Under the pieces are notes generated by a model, which worked only from the letters and a program-made list of their open reading frames with translations, had not been told where the DNA came from and made no database searches. The position numbers were made by a program, and so were the translations under genes. This document shows, piece after piece, positions 1-9,178 of a DNA stretch of 64,000 bases (position 1 is its first letter; each line of letters starts with the position of its first letter). Source of the stretch: an uncultured bacterium (lineage in GTDB: Bacteria > Lernaellota > Lernaellaia > JACKCT01); contig CAZQAE010000001.1 in NCBI GenBank assembly GCA_964591275.1, forward strand, positions 51,988 to 115,987. Direction: 5' to 3'.

Positions 1-403
1 CCACCTCGTCTTCGCCGATGGCGGTGCCCATCAGCATGCTTGCTATGCCGTCGCCGTCATCTGTGATCTTGGGATCCGCGTCCTTCTCGGTTTCCAATCC
101 TTCAGCAGCCAATTCCAATGGCTTTGACACCTCAGGCTCCGGTGCCGGGGTCGGTTCGTCATCGCCGATCTTTAGCTTGGGCATGATGCCTGTGCGATCA
201 TCGGTCACTTCCAGATGTGGACCGCTTTCGTCCGGCGGCGGCTGCGATGGCGCGGGAACCGTTTGGGACTCGGACCTTTCGGAAGCTTCCGCCGTCGTCG
301 CCTTTTTTTTCTTTATCATTTTCAGACCGCAACCCACGCATTCGCCTTTGGCAATAGGCGTCAGCGTTCCGCATCGGGGACAACGAAGGATTTTATCAGC
401 CAT
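1..403 (-). CDS. Zinc-ribbon domain protein, N-terminal part (partial; C-terminus lies beyond window start)
   Basis: Minus-strand ATG at 403-401. Translation MADKILRCPRCGTLTPIAKGECVGCGLKMIKKKK... carries two CxxC pairs (zinc ribbon), then an acidic/Pro-rich low-complexity region. Frame stays open to position 1. It is absent from the ORF track because it has no stop in the window. Confidence 0.45.
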   Translation of the reverse strand, partial: MADKILRCPRCGTLTPIAKGECVGCGLKMIKKKKATTAEASERSESQTVPAPSQPPPDESGPHLEVTDDRTGIMPKLKIGDDEPTPAPEPEVSKPLELAAEGLETEKDADPKITDDGDGIASMLMGTAIGEDEV

Positions 404-645
404 AACTTCGATCCTCAAAGGTGCAGTTAAGACTTAGCTTGTTCCTGTCCCTTAAATGGCTCTTTTTTGCGATCTCGTCGTCAATCTTCGGGTTTGATTG
501 TGCGGCGTACTTTGGCACGCCTTAAGCACAAACCCTTGATTTCCTTGACTTCACAAAAAATTGCTCACTTTGGGTCGAGGAACTACGTCAGTCTCATTCA
601 AAGTTCTGGGATGGAAACTAGCTTGTTCTTCTTTGCGAAAAAACT

Positions 646-1872
646 TCAATCGACGGATTTTCCGTATAATCCGAGATCCGCTCGTAGTTTTCTGAAGAGC
701 AAAATGACGCGAAGAACCTTATTCATCACCCATACCTTGGTTTTATTAAAAATGTAGCCATTTTTTTTGTCGCTGAAATAATGGCATTCTTCCGGCTTGA
801 GAACAATGGACACTTCGACGTTGTGCGCGATGCCGATGGGCAGGCCGCAATCCATGCACCGCTCGTAGAGATGTTTGAATACCGGGATCATTTCCTCGGT
901 CGTTGGCGGCGGATCATCCTGCGCGTCGGTACCTTTCAGCGGCCTGAATACGCAGACCGTTGGAATAGCGCCCACGCTGGTTATCCAGTCGATGGCGGCC
1001 AGGGTGTCCTCGACGGGTTCGGGGCCAGCGATAATCTCCCCGTTTGTCGTGTCAAAAATATCGGCGCAGTATTCGATGGCGTCGAGATATCTTTGCAATC
1101 CGACGAAATGGCTTTTTCCGGGGCACCTTTTGTTCAAGACGTCCTTGTTGAAAAATTCAAAGCAGAAGGAAACCGTGCTGACGCCCATCTTTCTCAGGCG
1201 GTCATAACGGCGAAAATCCGGGTGGGGCGGCGTTTGAACGCCGATCAAAAGACCCGTTCTGGCTCTGACCTCTTTGATAAAGGGTTCGAGTTGATCCAGG
1301 AAAGTGTCGCCCTGGTAAAAACCCGTGTTGAAATGAACGTAGGTGATGTTGCTTTCTTCGCGGGCGGCAAGTGCTGTTTCCACAACGTCCTGCACGGCCT
1401 TGATTTCTTCTTCCTCCTTGCCGAGATTCAGTCCGATGGAGCAAAAATCACAGTTTTGTTTCGGTTTCATGATCCAATAATCGCAGGTCGCCGTCGGATA
1501 CACTCCCAGGTAGGTGCCCTGCAGCACGCCGATACGGTGCATTTTCTTTCCCCTCGACGTGACCTTTTCATAGAAACGGGGCTCGGGCGGAATGCGCGTT
1601 TTACAGACGAATTGCTCATCGCGCCGGAGGATATAATCATGGCCTTCCAAATGCAGCGTGTATGGACTTTTTTTGGTGAAGTCTTCGACGACGGGGACAT
1701 TTGTCCAGATATTGTCGGGAAGAACCAATTCGAGACCGCTTCCAAGGCCGGCTCGCGTTCTGAGAATGGGGCGGCCATCTTTATCGACGGTGCACGATTT
1801 GTGCAACCGTAAGCCCTTGCAGTAAAGATCGAGTTTGAGCAGGGCGGGATTTTTCCTGACGTCCAGATTCAT
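646..1872 (-). CDS. Radical-SAM-like protein with non-canonical Cys spacing (C-x10-C-x2-C)
   Basis: 408-aa ORF starting MNLDVRKN. It has motif CDYWIMKPKQNCDFC followed by TIM-barrel-like radical SAM core features. The overlapping plus-strand ORF 781..1812 is low-complexity shadow. Confidence 0.55.
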   Translation of the reverse strand: MNLDVRKNPALLKLDLYCKGLRLHKSCTVDKDGRPILRTRAGLGSGLELVLPDNIWTNVPVVEDFTKKSPYTLHLEGHDYILRRDEQFVCKTRIPPEPRFYEKVTSRGKKMHRIGVLQGTYLGVYPTATCDYWIMKPKQNCDFCSIGLNLGKEEEEIKAVQDVVETALAAREESNITYVHFNTGFYQGDTFLDQLEPFIKEVRARTGLLIGVQTPPHPDFRRYDRLRKMGVSTVSFCFEFFNKDVLNKRCPGKSHFVGLQRYLDAIEYCADIFDTTNGEIIAGPEPVEDTLAAIDWITSVGAIPTVCVFRPLKGTDAQDDPPPTTEEMIPVFKHLYERCMDCGLPIGIAHNVEVSIVLKPEECHYFSDKKNGYIFNKTKVWVMNKVLRVILLFRKLRADLGLYGKSVD

Positions 1873-1906
1873 GGTAGGCTCGTAATTGTGGAGAAAAAGG
1901 AACAAT

Positions 1907-1937
1907 CACGCTTTGTTTCACGAGAAAACACAGCGTG
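1907..1937. promoter_or_regulatory. Imperfect 12-bp inverted repeat (cacgctttgttt / aaacacagcgtg, 1 mismatch) flanked by direct caatcac repeats
   Basis: Seen directly in sequence, 35-65 bp upstream of the minus-strand start at 1872. It sits in the divergent promoter region with the OmpA-like gene. Confidence 0.3.
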
Positions 1938-2120
1938 CAATCACTAGATTTACTACCAGATTAGCACAATTTATACAACGAAATGGAATTTTTAATTTGT
2001 AGAATTTAGCCGCCCCTCACCCCTTGCTCTTTATGGAAAGTTCATTAAGATATACGGAGGCTAACACTTGTCAAAAGTGAATAACACATGACACTTGCAA
2101 ATCATCTAGCGGAGGATGCC

Positions 2121-2927
2121 ATGAAGGGTCGTCAGGCAGCGGTTTTGGCGGTTTTGTGCTTGGTTCTCGCCCTCGTTTCATTTGGCTGCGGCCCTAAGGA
2201 TTATCCCCCGGAACTTCTTCAGGCCAAATCGGCTTTAGCTGATTCCAAGGCTGAGGGAGCTTCGGAAAACTGCCCTGATGAATATGCATCGGCAGAGGCC
2301 ATGCTGCAAAAAGCCGAAATCCTTTGGGAAGAGGACGAAGACACGGAAATGAAGGTCGTTGCGGCCGAGGCTGAGAAGCTTGCTCTTGGTGCCAGGGAAT
2401 GCACGATTGCCAAGGCCAGCACCATGTCCACAACGGGGACCGCCCCCGGAATGGCTATTCCGAAGGAATTGGGTGAGTTTTCTGAATCGATTTATTTCGG
2501 CTTCAATGAGAATGCCATTGGGAGAGAGGATGCCGAAAAGCTCAGGGCGACTGCTGAGCTGATCAAATCTTTCCAGGAAGAAACCCGATTCTGGGTGCTT
2601 CTTTCAGCTTACACCGACAACGTCGGGAAAACGGCGGATAACATTGAGATATCCCGTCGTCGCGGAGTTGTGGTTCGCTATTTCCTGATCGATCAGGGAG
2701 TTCTGCCGGAAAACCTTCTGATTCGCCCCCTGGGTGTGAATAGTGTGACGGCTATGTCTTCCACTGCGGACGGATCTGTGGCGATTCCAGTGAAAAATAA
2801 AAAGAAAAAACTGGATCCGGAGATGCGGAAGGTTGTCATAACCATAGTTCCTCTCGGCGATATTGCCGGACATCGCGTCGGTGATCCCTACATGTCCGAA
2901 GGGTCGCTGGTGAGAAAGAAAAAATAA
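2121..2927 (+). CDS. OmpA/MotB-domain lipoprotein
   Basis: GGAGGA RBS lies 7 nt upstream of ATG 2121. Signal peptide ends in lipobox-like SFGC. The C-terminal OmpA-like peptidoglycan-binding domain has FGFNENAIGREDAEKL...YTDNVG...ISRRRGVVVRYFL. Confidence 0.8.
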   Translation: MKGRQAAVLAVLCLVLALVSFGCGPKDYPPELLQAKSALADSKAEGASENCPDEYASAEAMLQKAEILWEEDEDTEMKVVAAEAEKLALGARECTIAKASTMSTTGTAPGMAIPKELGEFSESIYFGFNENAIGREDAEKLRATAELIKSFQEETRFWVLLSAYTDNVGKTADNIEISRRRGVVVRYFLIDQGVLPENLLIRPLGVNSVTAMSSTADGSVAIPVKNKKKKLDPEMRKVVITIVPLGDIAGHRVGDPYMSEGSLVRKKK

Positions 2928-2952
2928 CAGACCATTGATTATTCGGTTCATC

Positions 2953-2986
2953 GAAACGCTTCCTGACTCCAGGGAGCGTTTTTTCC
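2953..2986 (+). terminator. Rho-independent terminator (aaacgct...agcgttt + T-tract)
   Basis: Hairpin with 7-bp stem followed by TTTTTT immediately downstream of the OmpA-like gene stop. Confidence 0.55.
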
Positions 2987-3035
2987 TGATTGTCGGGACT
3001 TCTATTATTTTGCGTTTCGTATTAGGAATGTCGCT

Positions 3036-4043
3036 ATGATTGTGCTGGGCATTGAATCCAGTTGTGACGATACTAGCGCCGCCGTCGTGAAAGACGGGCG
3101 ACGAGTGCTTTCGTGCGTTGTGACAGGGCAGGACAGCTTTCATGAGAAATTCGGCGGCGTCGTGCCCGAGATTGCTTCACGCCGGCATATCAGCGTGATT
3201 GACGAAATCGTTCGAAAGGCCGTGATGGATTCCGGCGTGCCGTTAGGCGATATTGAAGGCGTCGCGGCAACATGCGGCCCGGGTTTGATTGGGGCCATTC
3301 TCGTCGGCCTGAATTATGCCAAGGGTCTGGCATACTCGCTTGGCGTTCCGTTGGTTGGGGTCAATCACGTTGAAGCCCATCTTTTCGCCGCCAGATTGGC
3401 TGATATCCCGCCCGCGACGCCATTCGTAGGTCTCGTGGTCAGCGGCGGACACACGAATCTGTATCACGTCCAGGCCATGGATCAAATTTACTTGTTGGGT
3501 AGAACCGTCGATGACGCTGCGGGCGAATGTTTCGACAAGATCGGAAAACTTCTTGGTCTCGATTATCCGGCAGGAGCGCAGATAGATCGCCTGGCTGCGG
3601 ACGGCGACGGCGCCGCCATTTGTTTTCCCCGACCGATGATCCGAAGCGGCGATTTGAATTTTAGCTTTTCCGGGTTGAAAACAGCGGTGAAAAATTATAT
3701 CGCCAAACTGGATCATACACCTGAAGGCCGGGAATTGTGCGATATTGCGGCCGGGTTTTCCGCAGCCGTTGTGGATGTGCTCATCGCTAAGCTGCTGGTC
3801 GCCGCAAAACAATGCAAAGTGGGGCGGATTGTCATCGCCGGCGGCGTGGCCGCCAATGGACTGCTGCGGGACCGGGCCGCTAAAAGCGCCGACGAACATG
3901 GTTTGGACCTGTTTATCCCGAGCTTGAGTTTTTGCACCGACAATGCCGCCATGATTGCGGCTTCGGGAACGAGGGCATTACAATCCGGTGAATCATCTCC
4001 CTGGTCGTTGAACGCTTTCGCTAGTTTGACGAAAGGAAAATAA
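3036..4043 (+). CDS. tsaD: tRNA N6-adenosine threonylcarbamoyltransferase
   Basis: N-terminus MIVLGIESSCDDTSAAVV, then GPGLIGAILVG and VGVNHVEAH motifs. Full-length Kae1/TsaD family. Confidence 0.95.
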   Translation: MIVLGIESSCDDTSAAVVKDGRRVLSCVVTGQDSFHEKFGGVVPEIASRRHISVIDEIVRKAVMDSGVPLGDIEGVAATCGPGLIGAILVGLNYAKGLAYSLGVPLVGVNHVEAHLFAARLADIPPATPFVGLVVSGGHTNLYHVQAMDQIYLLGRTVDDAAGECFDKIGKLLGLDYPAGAQIDRLAADGDGAAICFPRPMIRSGDLNFSFSGLKTAVKNYIAKLDHTPEGRELCDIAAGFSAAVVDVLIAKLLVAAKQCKVGRIVIAGGVAANGLLRDRAAKSADEHGLDLFIPSLSFCTDNAAMIAASGTRALQSGESSPWSLNAFASLTKGK

Positions 4044-4058
4044 GTGCTGCCCAGGCAC

Positions 4059-4523
4059 ATGAAAAAATTCTATGACGCCTTCATATGCCTCAAGGGGAGA
4101 CCCAGGGACATTGCCAGAGCATTCGCCGTCGGCGTCGTCATAGGCTTTTGGCCGATTGTCGGCACGCATACGCTTCTGGCCGTGGCGACGGCGATTGTCT
4201 TTAGAATGAACATGACCTCCATGTTCCTGGCCACATGGGTCATTTGCAATCCCTTGACCGGCGTGCCGGTTTATTTGTTGGAATATCAGATCGGTCGACT
4301 GTTTCTTCGGATGCCCTACGCAATGCTGCCATCAGAATGGACCCCTACGGGAATGCTGGATCTCGGGTGGTCCGTGATTGGACCACTGCTGTCCGGCTGG
4401 TTCGTTTTATCGGTCATCGTTGCGCCATTGAGTATTCCTATCATCAGAACCAGCATCCGGCGCGTTCGCTTGAAGCACCGAATAAGGATCGATAATGCTC
4501 GAGACAAAGAAGCCGCATCGTGA
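4059..4523 (+). CDS. DUF2062 family membrane protein
   Basis: Conserved DUF2062 layout: RAFAVGVVIGFWPIVGTHTLLAVATA, with two TM segments. Start placed at ATG 4059. Confidence 0.7.
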   Translation: MKKFYDAFICLKGRPRDIARAFAVGVVIGFWPIVGTHTLLAVATAIVFRMNMTSMFLATWVICNPLTGVPVYLLEYQIGRLFLRMPYAMLPSEWTPTGMLDLGWSVIGPLLSGWFVLSVIVAPLSIPIIRTSIRRVRLKHRIRIDNARDKEAAS

Positions 4524-5349
4524 TTCCGATACTCACGGTCTGCGACTGAAAAAATCACTGGGTCAGAATCTGCTCGAAGACCCTAATATCAATCGCAAGA
4601 TTGTGGCCGCGGCCGAGGTGCGGAAGGGCGAACGGGTTCTGGAAATCGGTCCGGGCATGGGGCATCTGACTCAGGCGCTTTTGGATGCGGGGGCCGATGT
4701 GCTCGCCGTGGAGATCGACCAGCGGCTTCTGCCGATCCTTGAAGAAAATTTTGGAGACCGGCCTGACTTTGAAGTCATCCATTATGATATTTTGAAGTTG
4801 CCCGAAAAACGTATTGAAGACTTTGCGAAGGGCGATAAAATCAAGGTCGTTGCCAACCTGCCGTACTACAACGCCTCGCAAATTCTCTTTCGACTGGCGC
4901 AGTGGAAAAAATATATCAACGTGGCGGTCTTGACGTTGCAAAAGGAATTTGTTGACCGCTTGGTTGCCGGGCCAAACACAAAAGACTACGGCGCGCTGAC
5001 TTTGAAATTGAAAGCCGTAGCCAATATTGAATCGCTATTTAGCGTTAAGGCGCACGTGTTTTTTCCGGAGCCCAAGGTGGATAGCCGCACTGTGCACATC
5101 GATTTCCGACAAAGCCGTCTTCCAGAAAATCTCGACGCCGGGAGTTTTAACCTGTGCGTCACGGCAGCCTTTTCTGCCAGGCGTAAAACCATCGCCAACT
5201 CGCTTTCCAGGCAATACGACCGAAACGATGTCGGCCCTGCGCTGGCGATGTGTGGAATCGATCCGCGCCTGCGGGCCGAGAATCTGGAATTGGACGATTA
5301 TTTCAAACTCACCAAAGCCCTGGCAAAGGGGGTGAAGTATGAGGTATGA
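4495..5349 (+). CDS. rsmA: 16S rRNA (adenine1518/1519-N6)-dimethyltransferase
   Basis: KsgA family motifs LGQNLL, VLEIGPGMGHLT and NLPYYNASQIL. Confidence 0.9.
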   Translation: MLETKKPHRDSDTHGLRLKKSLGQNLLEDPNINRKIVAAAEVRKGERVLEIGPGMGHLTQALLDAGADVLAVEIDQRLLPILEENFGDRPDFEVIHYDILKLPEKRIEDFAKGDKIKVVANLPYYNASQILFRLAQWKKYINVAVLTLQKEFVDRLVAGPNTKDYGALTLKLKAVANIESLFSVKAHVFFPEPKVDSRTVHIDFRQSRLPENLDAGSFNLCVTAAFSARRKTIANSLSRQYDRNDVGPALAMCGIDPRLRAENLELDDYFKLTKALAKGVKYEV

Positions 5350-5372
5350 GGTATCGGCATCGCGTTTGCGCT

Positions 5373-6812
5373 TTAATTTTGCTTTGCGTTTACTTTGGCC
5401 AGGATTTCTTTCAGCAGCATCACTGCTCCGCGGATCATGTCGCCCGGTGAGAACACTCCGATTCGGAAACTACGAAAAATAATACGTGGACGCAGATAAA
5501 AGCGAAGCATCGCTTCACGCAGGAGCGACATGAGCTGCGCGGCGTCCAGCCCGGGTAGTTCCCACAGGGTCTCGCCTTTTTGCGGTCTGTACTGATTGTT
5601 CCATTGCCAAGGGGGCGTGTCTTCGGGCAGAAAGTCTTTATATTTTTCGTACATAGGCGTGCCGGGATAGGGCGTCACGCGGGCGAAGCTGGCGACATCC
5701 GGGTCCAGATCGATGGCGTATTGGATGGTCTGCCTGGCCTCGTTCACCGTTTCGTTCGGAAAACCGATCATGAAAACGCCGTAGGCCAGCAAGCCTGCCT
5801 TCCTGGTCATCTTCATTGTCTCGAAGGCTTGTCGGGGGTCGATGTTTTTCCCAGCGTCTTTAAGATGATGCCCGCTGGCGCTTTCAAATCCGTACAGGAC
5901 GTAGTGGCAGCCGCTTTTTTTCATTGCACGCAAAAGTTTTTCCGTCACCAGGTCTGAACGTGTTGTCGAAAACCATCGGATCTTTTCGTGGAGTCCGCGC
6001 CGGATCATCAAATCCGCAAATTCCAGGCCATCGCTTTCGGACCAGGGAAATACGGCGTCTTCGAATCCGAATGAAGAGACGCCGAATGCCCGAGCGGCCC
6101 ATTCGATTTCTTCCACGACAGAATCCATTGCGCGTTTGCGTACTTTGGGTGTCCACAAATATTGCGCGCAGTAGGCACATTTCCAGGGGCAGCCGCGGGA
6201 TGCCTCCAGGGCTAGGAGACAATCGTGAAAGATCAGACGCGGCGGCGCGATGTAGTGGTCGAGATCGAAAAGCTCCCAGCCCGGGCGGGGCAGGGCGTCG
6301 AGGTCTTCGATTTGCGGCGCCGGTTTGCCGAGATGCACTAGTTCATCTTCTCGATACGAAAGCCCCTGCACGCCCGCCAACGAATCACCGCTTTCGATTC
6401 GTTTCAAAAGATTTGTGAAAGTATGTTCGCCTTCTCCCACCACGATGCTGTCGATGGGGTTTGCTTCCAGTAATTCCTTTGCAAAGAAGGATGCGTGCGT
6501 GTTGCCCAGAACGATATGGGTACGGGGACTGCGCTTTTTTACGAGCCTAACAATCGTTTCGACCATTGGGACGTTGGGTGAAAGAACGCTGAGTCCCAGG
6601 ACGTCGATTTCCTTTTCGACCACAACATCCGCAATGTAATCGGCGCCGCGGTGCGTGGCGTATTGATCCTCCACAAAGGTTTCATGTCCCATATCTCTGG
6701 CGACGGCGGCGATGACCGCGACGCCGCGCGGCGCCATCGGATTCATCGTTTCACTGTAAACGCCTGCCGTGCTTTCTCGCCCGGAAGATGGGTTGACGAT
6801 GAAGACTTGCAT
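5373..6812 (-). CDS. B12-binding domain radical SAM protein (class B radical SAM)
   Basis: N-terminal cobalamin-binding Rossmann-like region (MQVFIVNP..., DVLGLSVLSP). Radical SAM cluster motif SRGCPWKCAYC. ATG start at 6812. Confidence 0.85.
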   Translation of the reverse strand: MQVFIVNPSSGRESTAGVYSETMNPMAPRGVAVIAAVARDMGHETFVEDQYATHRGADYIADVVVEKEIDVLGLSVLSPNVPMVETIVRLVKKRSPRTHIVLGNTHASFFAKELLEANPIDSIVVGEGEHTFTNLLKRIESGDSLAGVQGLSYREDELVHLGKPAPQIEDLDALPRPGWELFDLDHYIAPPRLIFHDCLLALEASRGCPWKCAYCAQYLWTPKVRKRAMDSVVEEIEWAARAFGVSSFGFEDAVFPWSESDGLEFADLMIRRGLHEKIRWFSTTRSDLVTEKLLRAMKKSGCHYVLYGFESASGHHLKDAGKNIDPRQAFETMKMTRKAGLLAYGVFMIGFPNETVNEARQTIQYAIDLDPDVASFARVTPYPGTPMYEKYKDFLPEDTPPWQWNNQYRPQKGETLWELPGLDAAQLMSLLREAMLRFYLRPRIIFRSFRIGVFSPGDMIRGAVMLLKEILAKVNAKQN

Positions 6813-6841
6813 AAATTTTATTTAGGTTTCAAAGCAGGGCA

Positions 6842-6855
6842 AAGTCAATTGACTT
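6842..6855. promoter_or_regulatory. Perfect 14-bp palindrome aagtcaattgactt in the 50-bp divergent promoter between the B12-rSAM and the rSAM/SPASM pair
   Basis: The sequence is its own reverse complement. It lies between the minus start at 6812 and the plus start at 6863 (TTG at 6854 is the alternative start). Confidence 0.4.
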
Positions 6856-6862
6856 GCCAAAA

Positions 6863-8005
6863 ATGTTTGACTTCAATCTCAGCGAGGGCCTACGATTGAG
6901 CGTTGGAAACCAGGAGGCGACTTTCTTGATCTCATCTGCGGGCGGATACATATCGGCATTTATGAATCGTGTACGTAAGCACCTGCCCTATGTATATCGC
7001 TATCCTGGCGTGATGCCCCGCGCGGTCGCCAACTATCTGCAAATGGCAACCGGAAAGCGGAGATTGCGGGGCGTGGAATTCGCGTTGACATACGATTGCG
7101 TTGCACATTGTGAGCATTGTTCGGCGGAATTTCTTCGTGAAAAAACGCCGAATCGTGAAGCTTTGTCGCTCACGCAGATAAAAAACGTCGCCTCGCAATG
7201 CCTTGACCTGGGCGCCTTGAACATCAATCTGACCGGGGGAGAGGCGCTGCTTCGACAGGACCTGCCGGAAATTGTGGCCGCGTGCAGGCCCAGGAGCACC
7301 GTCGTCTCCCTGGCCTCGAATGGTTGGCTTATAGATAATTCCGTGGCCAAAAATATTGCCTCGTGGGGCGTTTCGATTGTGACGATGAGCATGGATTCCG
7401 CCGATCCGAAAACGCACGATGAAAGACGCAGGCTGCCGGGGTGCTATGATCAGTTGATGAAAGCGGTGGATTATCTCCAGAGGGCCGGGGTGGAAGTGTT
7501 TTTGAATACCATTCTAACTCGGGAAAATATGGCCAACGGAGACATGGAGGAGATGGTTCGACTGGCAAAACAAAAGGATGTCGTTTTGACGGTCAATCTG
7601 GCGTGCGAAGTGGGTGGATGGCAGACCGCAGATGTGCATCCCAAAAGCGGCGGCACGGATTATCACCGCTCACTCATGAAGCATCCGCATGTGCGCTGGG
7701 AGGGATCATCCAATTATTTTCGCGAAGGCTGCCCCGCCGGACTGGAAAAGATATACATCAGTCCATACGGCGATGTGATGCCCTGCAACTTCATTCACCT
7801 GTCTTTCGGAAACCTTCAAAACCTACCCTTGGCGATGATATGGGAAAAGATTCTTTCTGATCCGACATTTAACCGAATCCATAAACGATGCCTTGTGGCT
7901 GAAAATGCCGAATTTCGCCGAGAATATTTGACGCCGATTTCAAAGAGCCCGGTTCATCCCATGCCGGTTGGCGAAGTCCCCTTGGATTGTAAGGACCGCG
8001 TATGA
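6863..8005 (+). CDS. Radical SAM / SPASM-domain protein (peptide- or cofactor-maturase-like), paralog 1
   Basis: CVAHCEHC cluster motif and GGEALL SAM-binding motif. C-terminal SPASM Cys motifs CPAG...PYGDVMPCNF. In-frame TTG at 6854 is an alternative start. Confidence 0.85.
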   Translation: MFDFNLSEGLRLSVGNQEATFLISSAGGYISAFMNRVRKHLPYVYRYPGVMPRAVANYLQMATGKRRLRGVEFALTYDCVAHCEHCSAEFLREKTPNREALSLTQIKNVASQCLDLGALNINLTGGEALLRQDLPEIVAACRPRSTVVSLASNGWLIDNSVAKNIASWGVSIVTMSMDSADPKTHDERRRLPGCYDQLMKAVDYLQRAGVEVFLNTILTRENMANGDMEEMVRLAKQKDVVLTVNLACEVGGWQTADVHPKSGGTDYHRSLMKHPHVRWEGSSNYFREGCPAGLEKIYISPYGDVMPCNFIHLSFGNLQNLPLAMIWEKILSDPTFNRIHKRCLVAENAEFRREYLTPISKSPVHPMPVGEVPLDCKDRV

Positions 8006-9054
8006 TTCCGCGATTGCCGAGCGCAGCCGATATCAAGATGATGGTGGCTTTTCCCCGCGTGACGATTCGCGCAATGCGTGGATGGCTCAGGGCCTTCGCC
8101 GGGTTGCGCAGGCCTTTGCACGGCGTGGAATTCTGCGTGACCTATCAATGTCTACTCGATTGTCCGCACTGCCTGACGAAATTGCTGATCGACGAAAAAA
8201 GGAAGGAAATGTCGAAAGAGCAGGCGACGCGCGCGATTCGGGAACTGGCCGACCTTGGGGCAATATTTGTTAATATTACCGGCGGTGAGCCGCTTTTGCG
8301 CGCGGATATTTTCGACATTTTGGCTGAAGCGACGAAGCGCCGGGATTTACTGGTGACGTTGGCGAGCAGCGGTTTGACAATTGATCGCAAAATCGCCGAG
8401 GAACTCAAAAAAGTGCGAGTCGGCATTGTCGTCCTTTCTCTGGACGGACCGGATGCCGCGAGCCATGACGCCTGTCGTGGAATGAGCGGCGCCTTCGACG
8501 CTTTGATGAAGGCGGTCCAGGAACTGGGGCGAGTGAAAATGCCGGTCTGGTTCACGACGATTCTGACAAAGGAAAATGCGCGGGACGGGAGCATTTTCGA
8601 AACGGCGCGTCTCGCGCAAAAACTTGGCGGAGTGTTGACGGTGAACTGGGCCTACGCCGTGGGAAAGAATTGGTCGGATCGTGAGGGGCTGGTCGGCGAA
8701 GCGGAGCGGGAGGCTTTCAGACGCCTGATGCTCATGCCGCACGTGCGCTGGGAGGGATCGTCCAATTTCCTGGAGGAAGGATGCCCGGCGGGAACGGAGA
8801 AGTTATACGTGACGCCTTACGGCGATGTGTTTCCGTGCGCCTGCATCCAGGCCAGCTTTGGGAATATGCTGGAGATGCCGGTTGCCGAAATCTGGCGAAA
8901 AATGGGGCGGATCAAGGATTTCGACGGGCGACATAAATCCTGCCTTGTGTCATGTGATGAAAATTTCATCCGGGATCATTTCGCGGCCATTCAAAAGAAT
9001 CCTGGAAGTCACGCTGAAGATATATTCAATGCGACTGATGGACGCGGCATGTAG
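8002..9054 (+). CDS. Radical SAM / SPASM-domain protein, paralog 2 (translationally coupled to paralog 1)
   Basis: CLLDCPHC and GGEPLL motifs. SPASM segment CPAG...PYGDVFPCACIQ. Collinear similarity with the upstream paralog (HVRWEGSSN[YF] and EGCPAG shared). ATGA start/stop overlap at 8002-8005. Confidence 0.85.
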   Translation: MIPRLPSAADIKMMVAFPRVTIRAMRGWLRAFAGLRRPLHGVEFCVTYQCLLDCPHCLTKLLIDEKRKEMSKEQATRAIRELADLGAIFVNITGGEPLLRADIFDILAEATKRRDLLVTLASSGLTIDRKIAEELKKVRVGIVVLSLDGPDAASHDACRGMSGAFDALMKAVQELGRVKMPVWFTTILTKENARDGSIFETARLAQKLGGVLTVNWAYAVGKNWSDREGLVGEAEREAFRRLMLMPHVRWEGSSNFLEEGCPAGTEKLYVTPYGDVFPCACIQASFGNMLEMPVAEIWRKMGRIKDFDGRHKSCLVSCDENFIRDHFAAIQKNPGSHAEDIFNATDGRGM

Positions 9055-9178
9055 GGGCAGACTACGCCCGCCTCAACTCATAATAAAAATTTCTATTCAT
9101 TCGCAGTGTTTTTCCCTATAATACGCGGCAGTCAGAAGAAAATGAGCCTTGGAATCAAACATGAGGGGAGAAGTTATC

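Noticed and set aside
781-1812. 343-aa plus-strand ORF
   Set aside because: Lies entirely antisense to the radical-SAM-like gene and is low-complexity Arg/Gly/Ala-rich with no motifs. The minus-strand frame carries the Cys cluster and barrel-like features.
3243-3899. 218-aa ORF antisense to tsaD (similar cases: 36631..37632 vs ADH; 45497..46144 vs TPR gene; 22955..23530 vs FAD oxidoreductase; 39545..40514 vs SGNH gene)
   Set aside because: Shadow ORFs in GC-rich coding regions opposite well-supported genes. No motifs.
6863-9054. Hypothesis that the two rSAM/SPASM proteins are anaerobic sulfatase-maturating enzymes for the sulfatase-like genes at 17305..21792
   Set aside because: Neither sulfatase-superfamily protein carries a C/S-x-P-x-R formylglycine motif in register (NWSRTG and SPLPRT instead). 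The genes are 8 kb away and on the opposite strand. Kept only as a refutation test.
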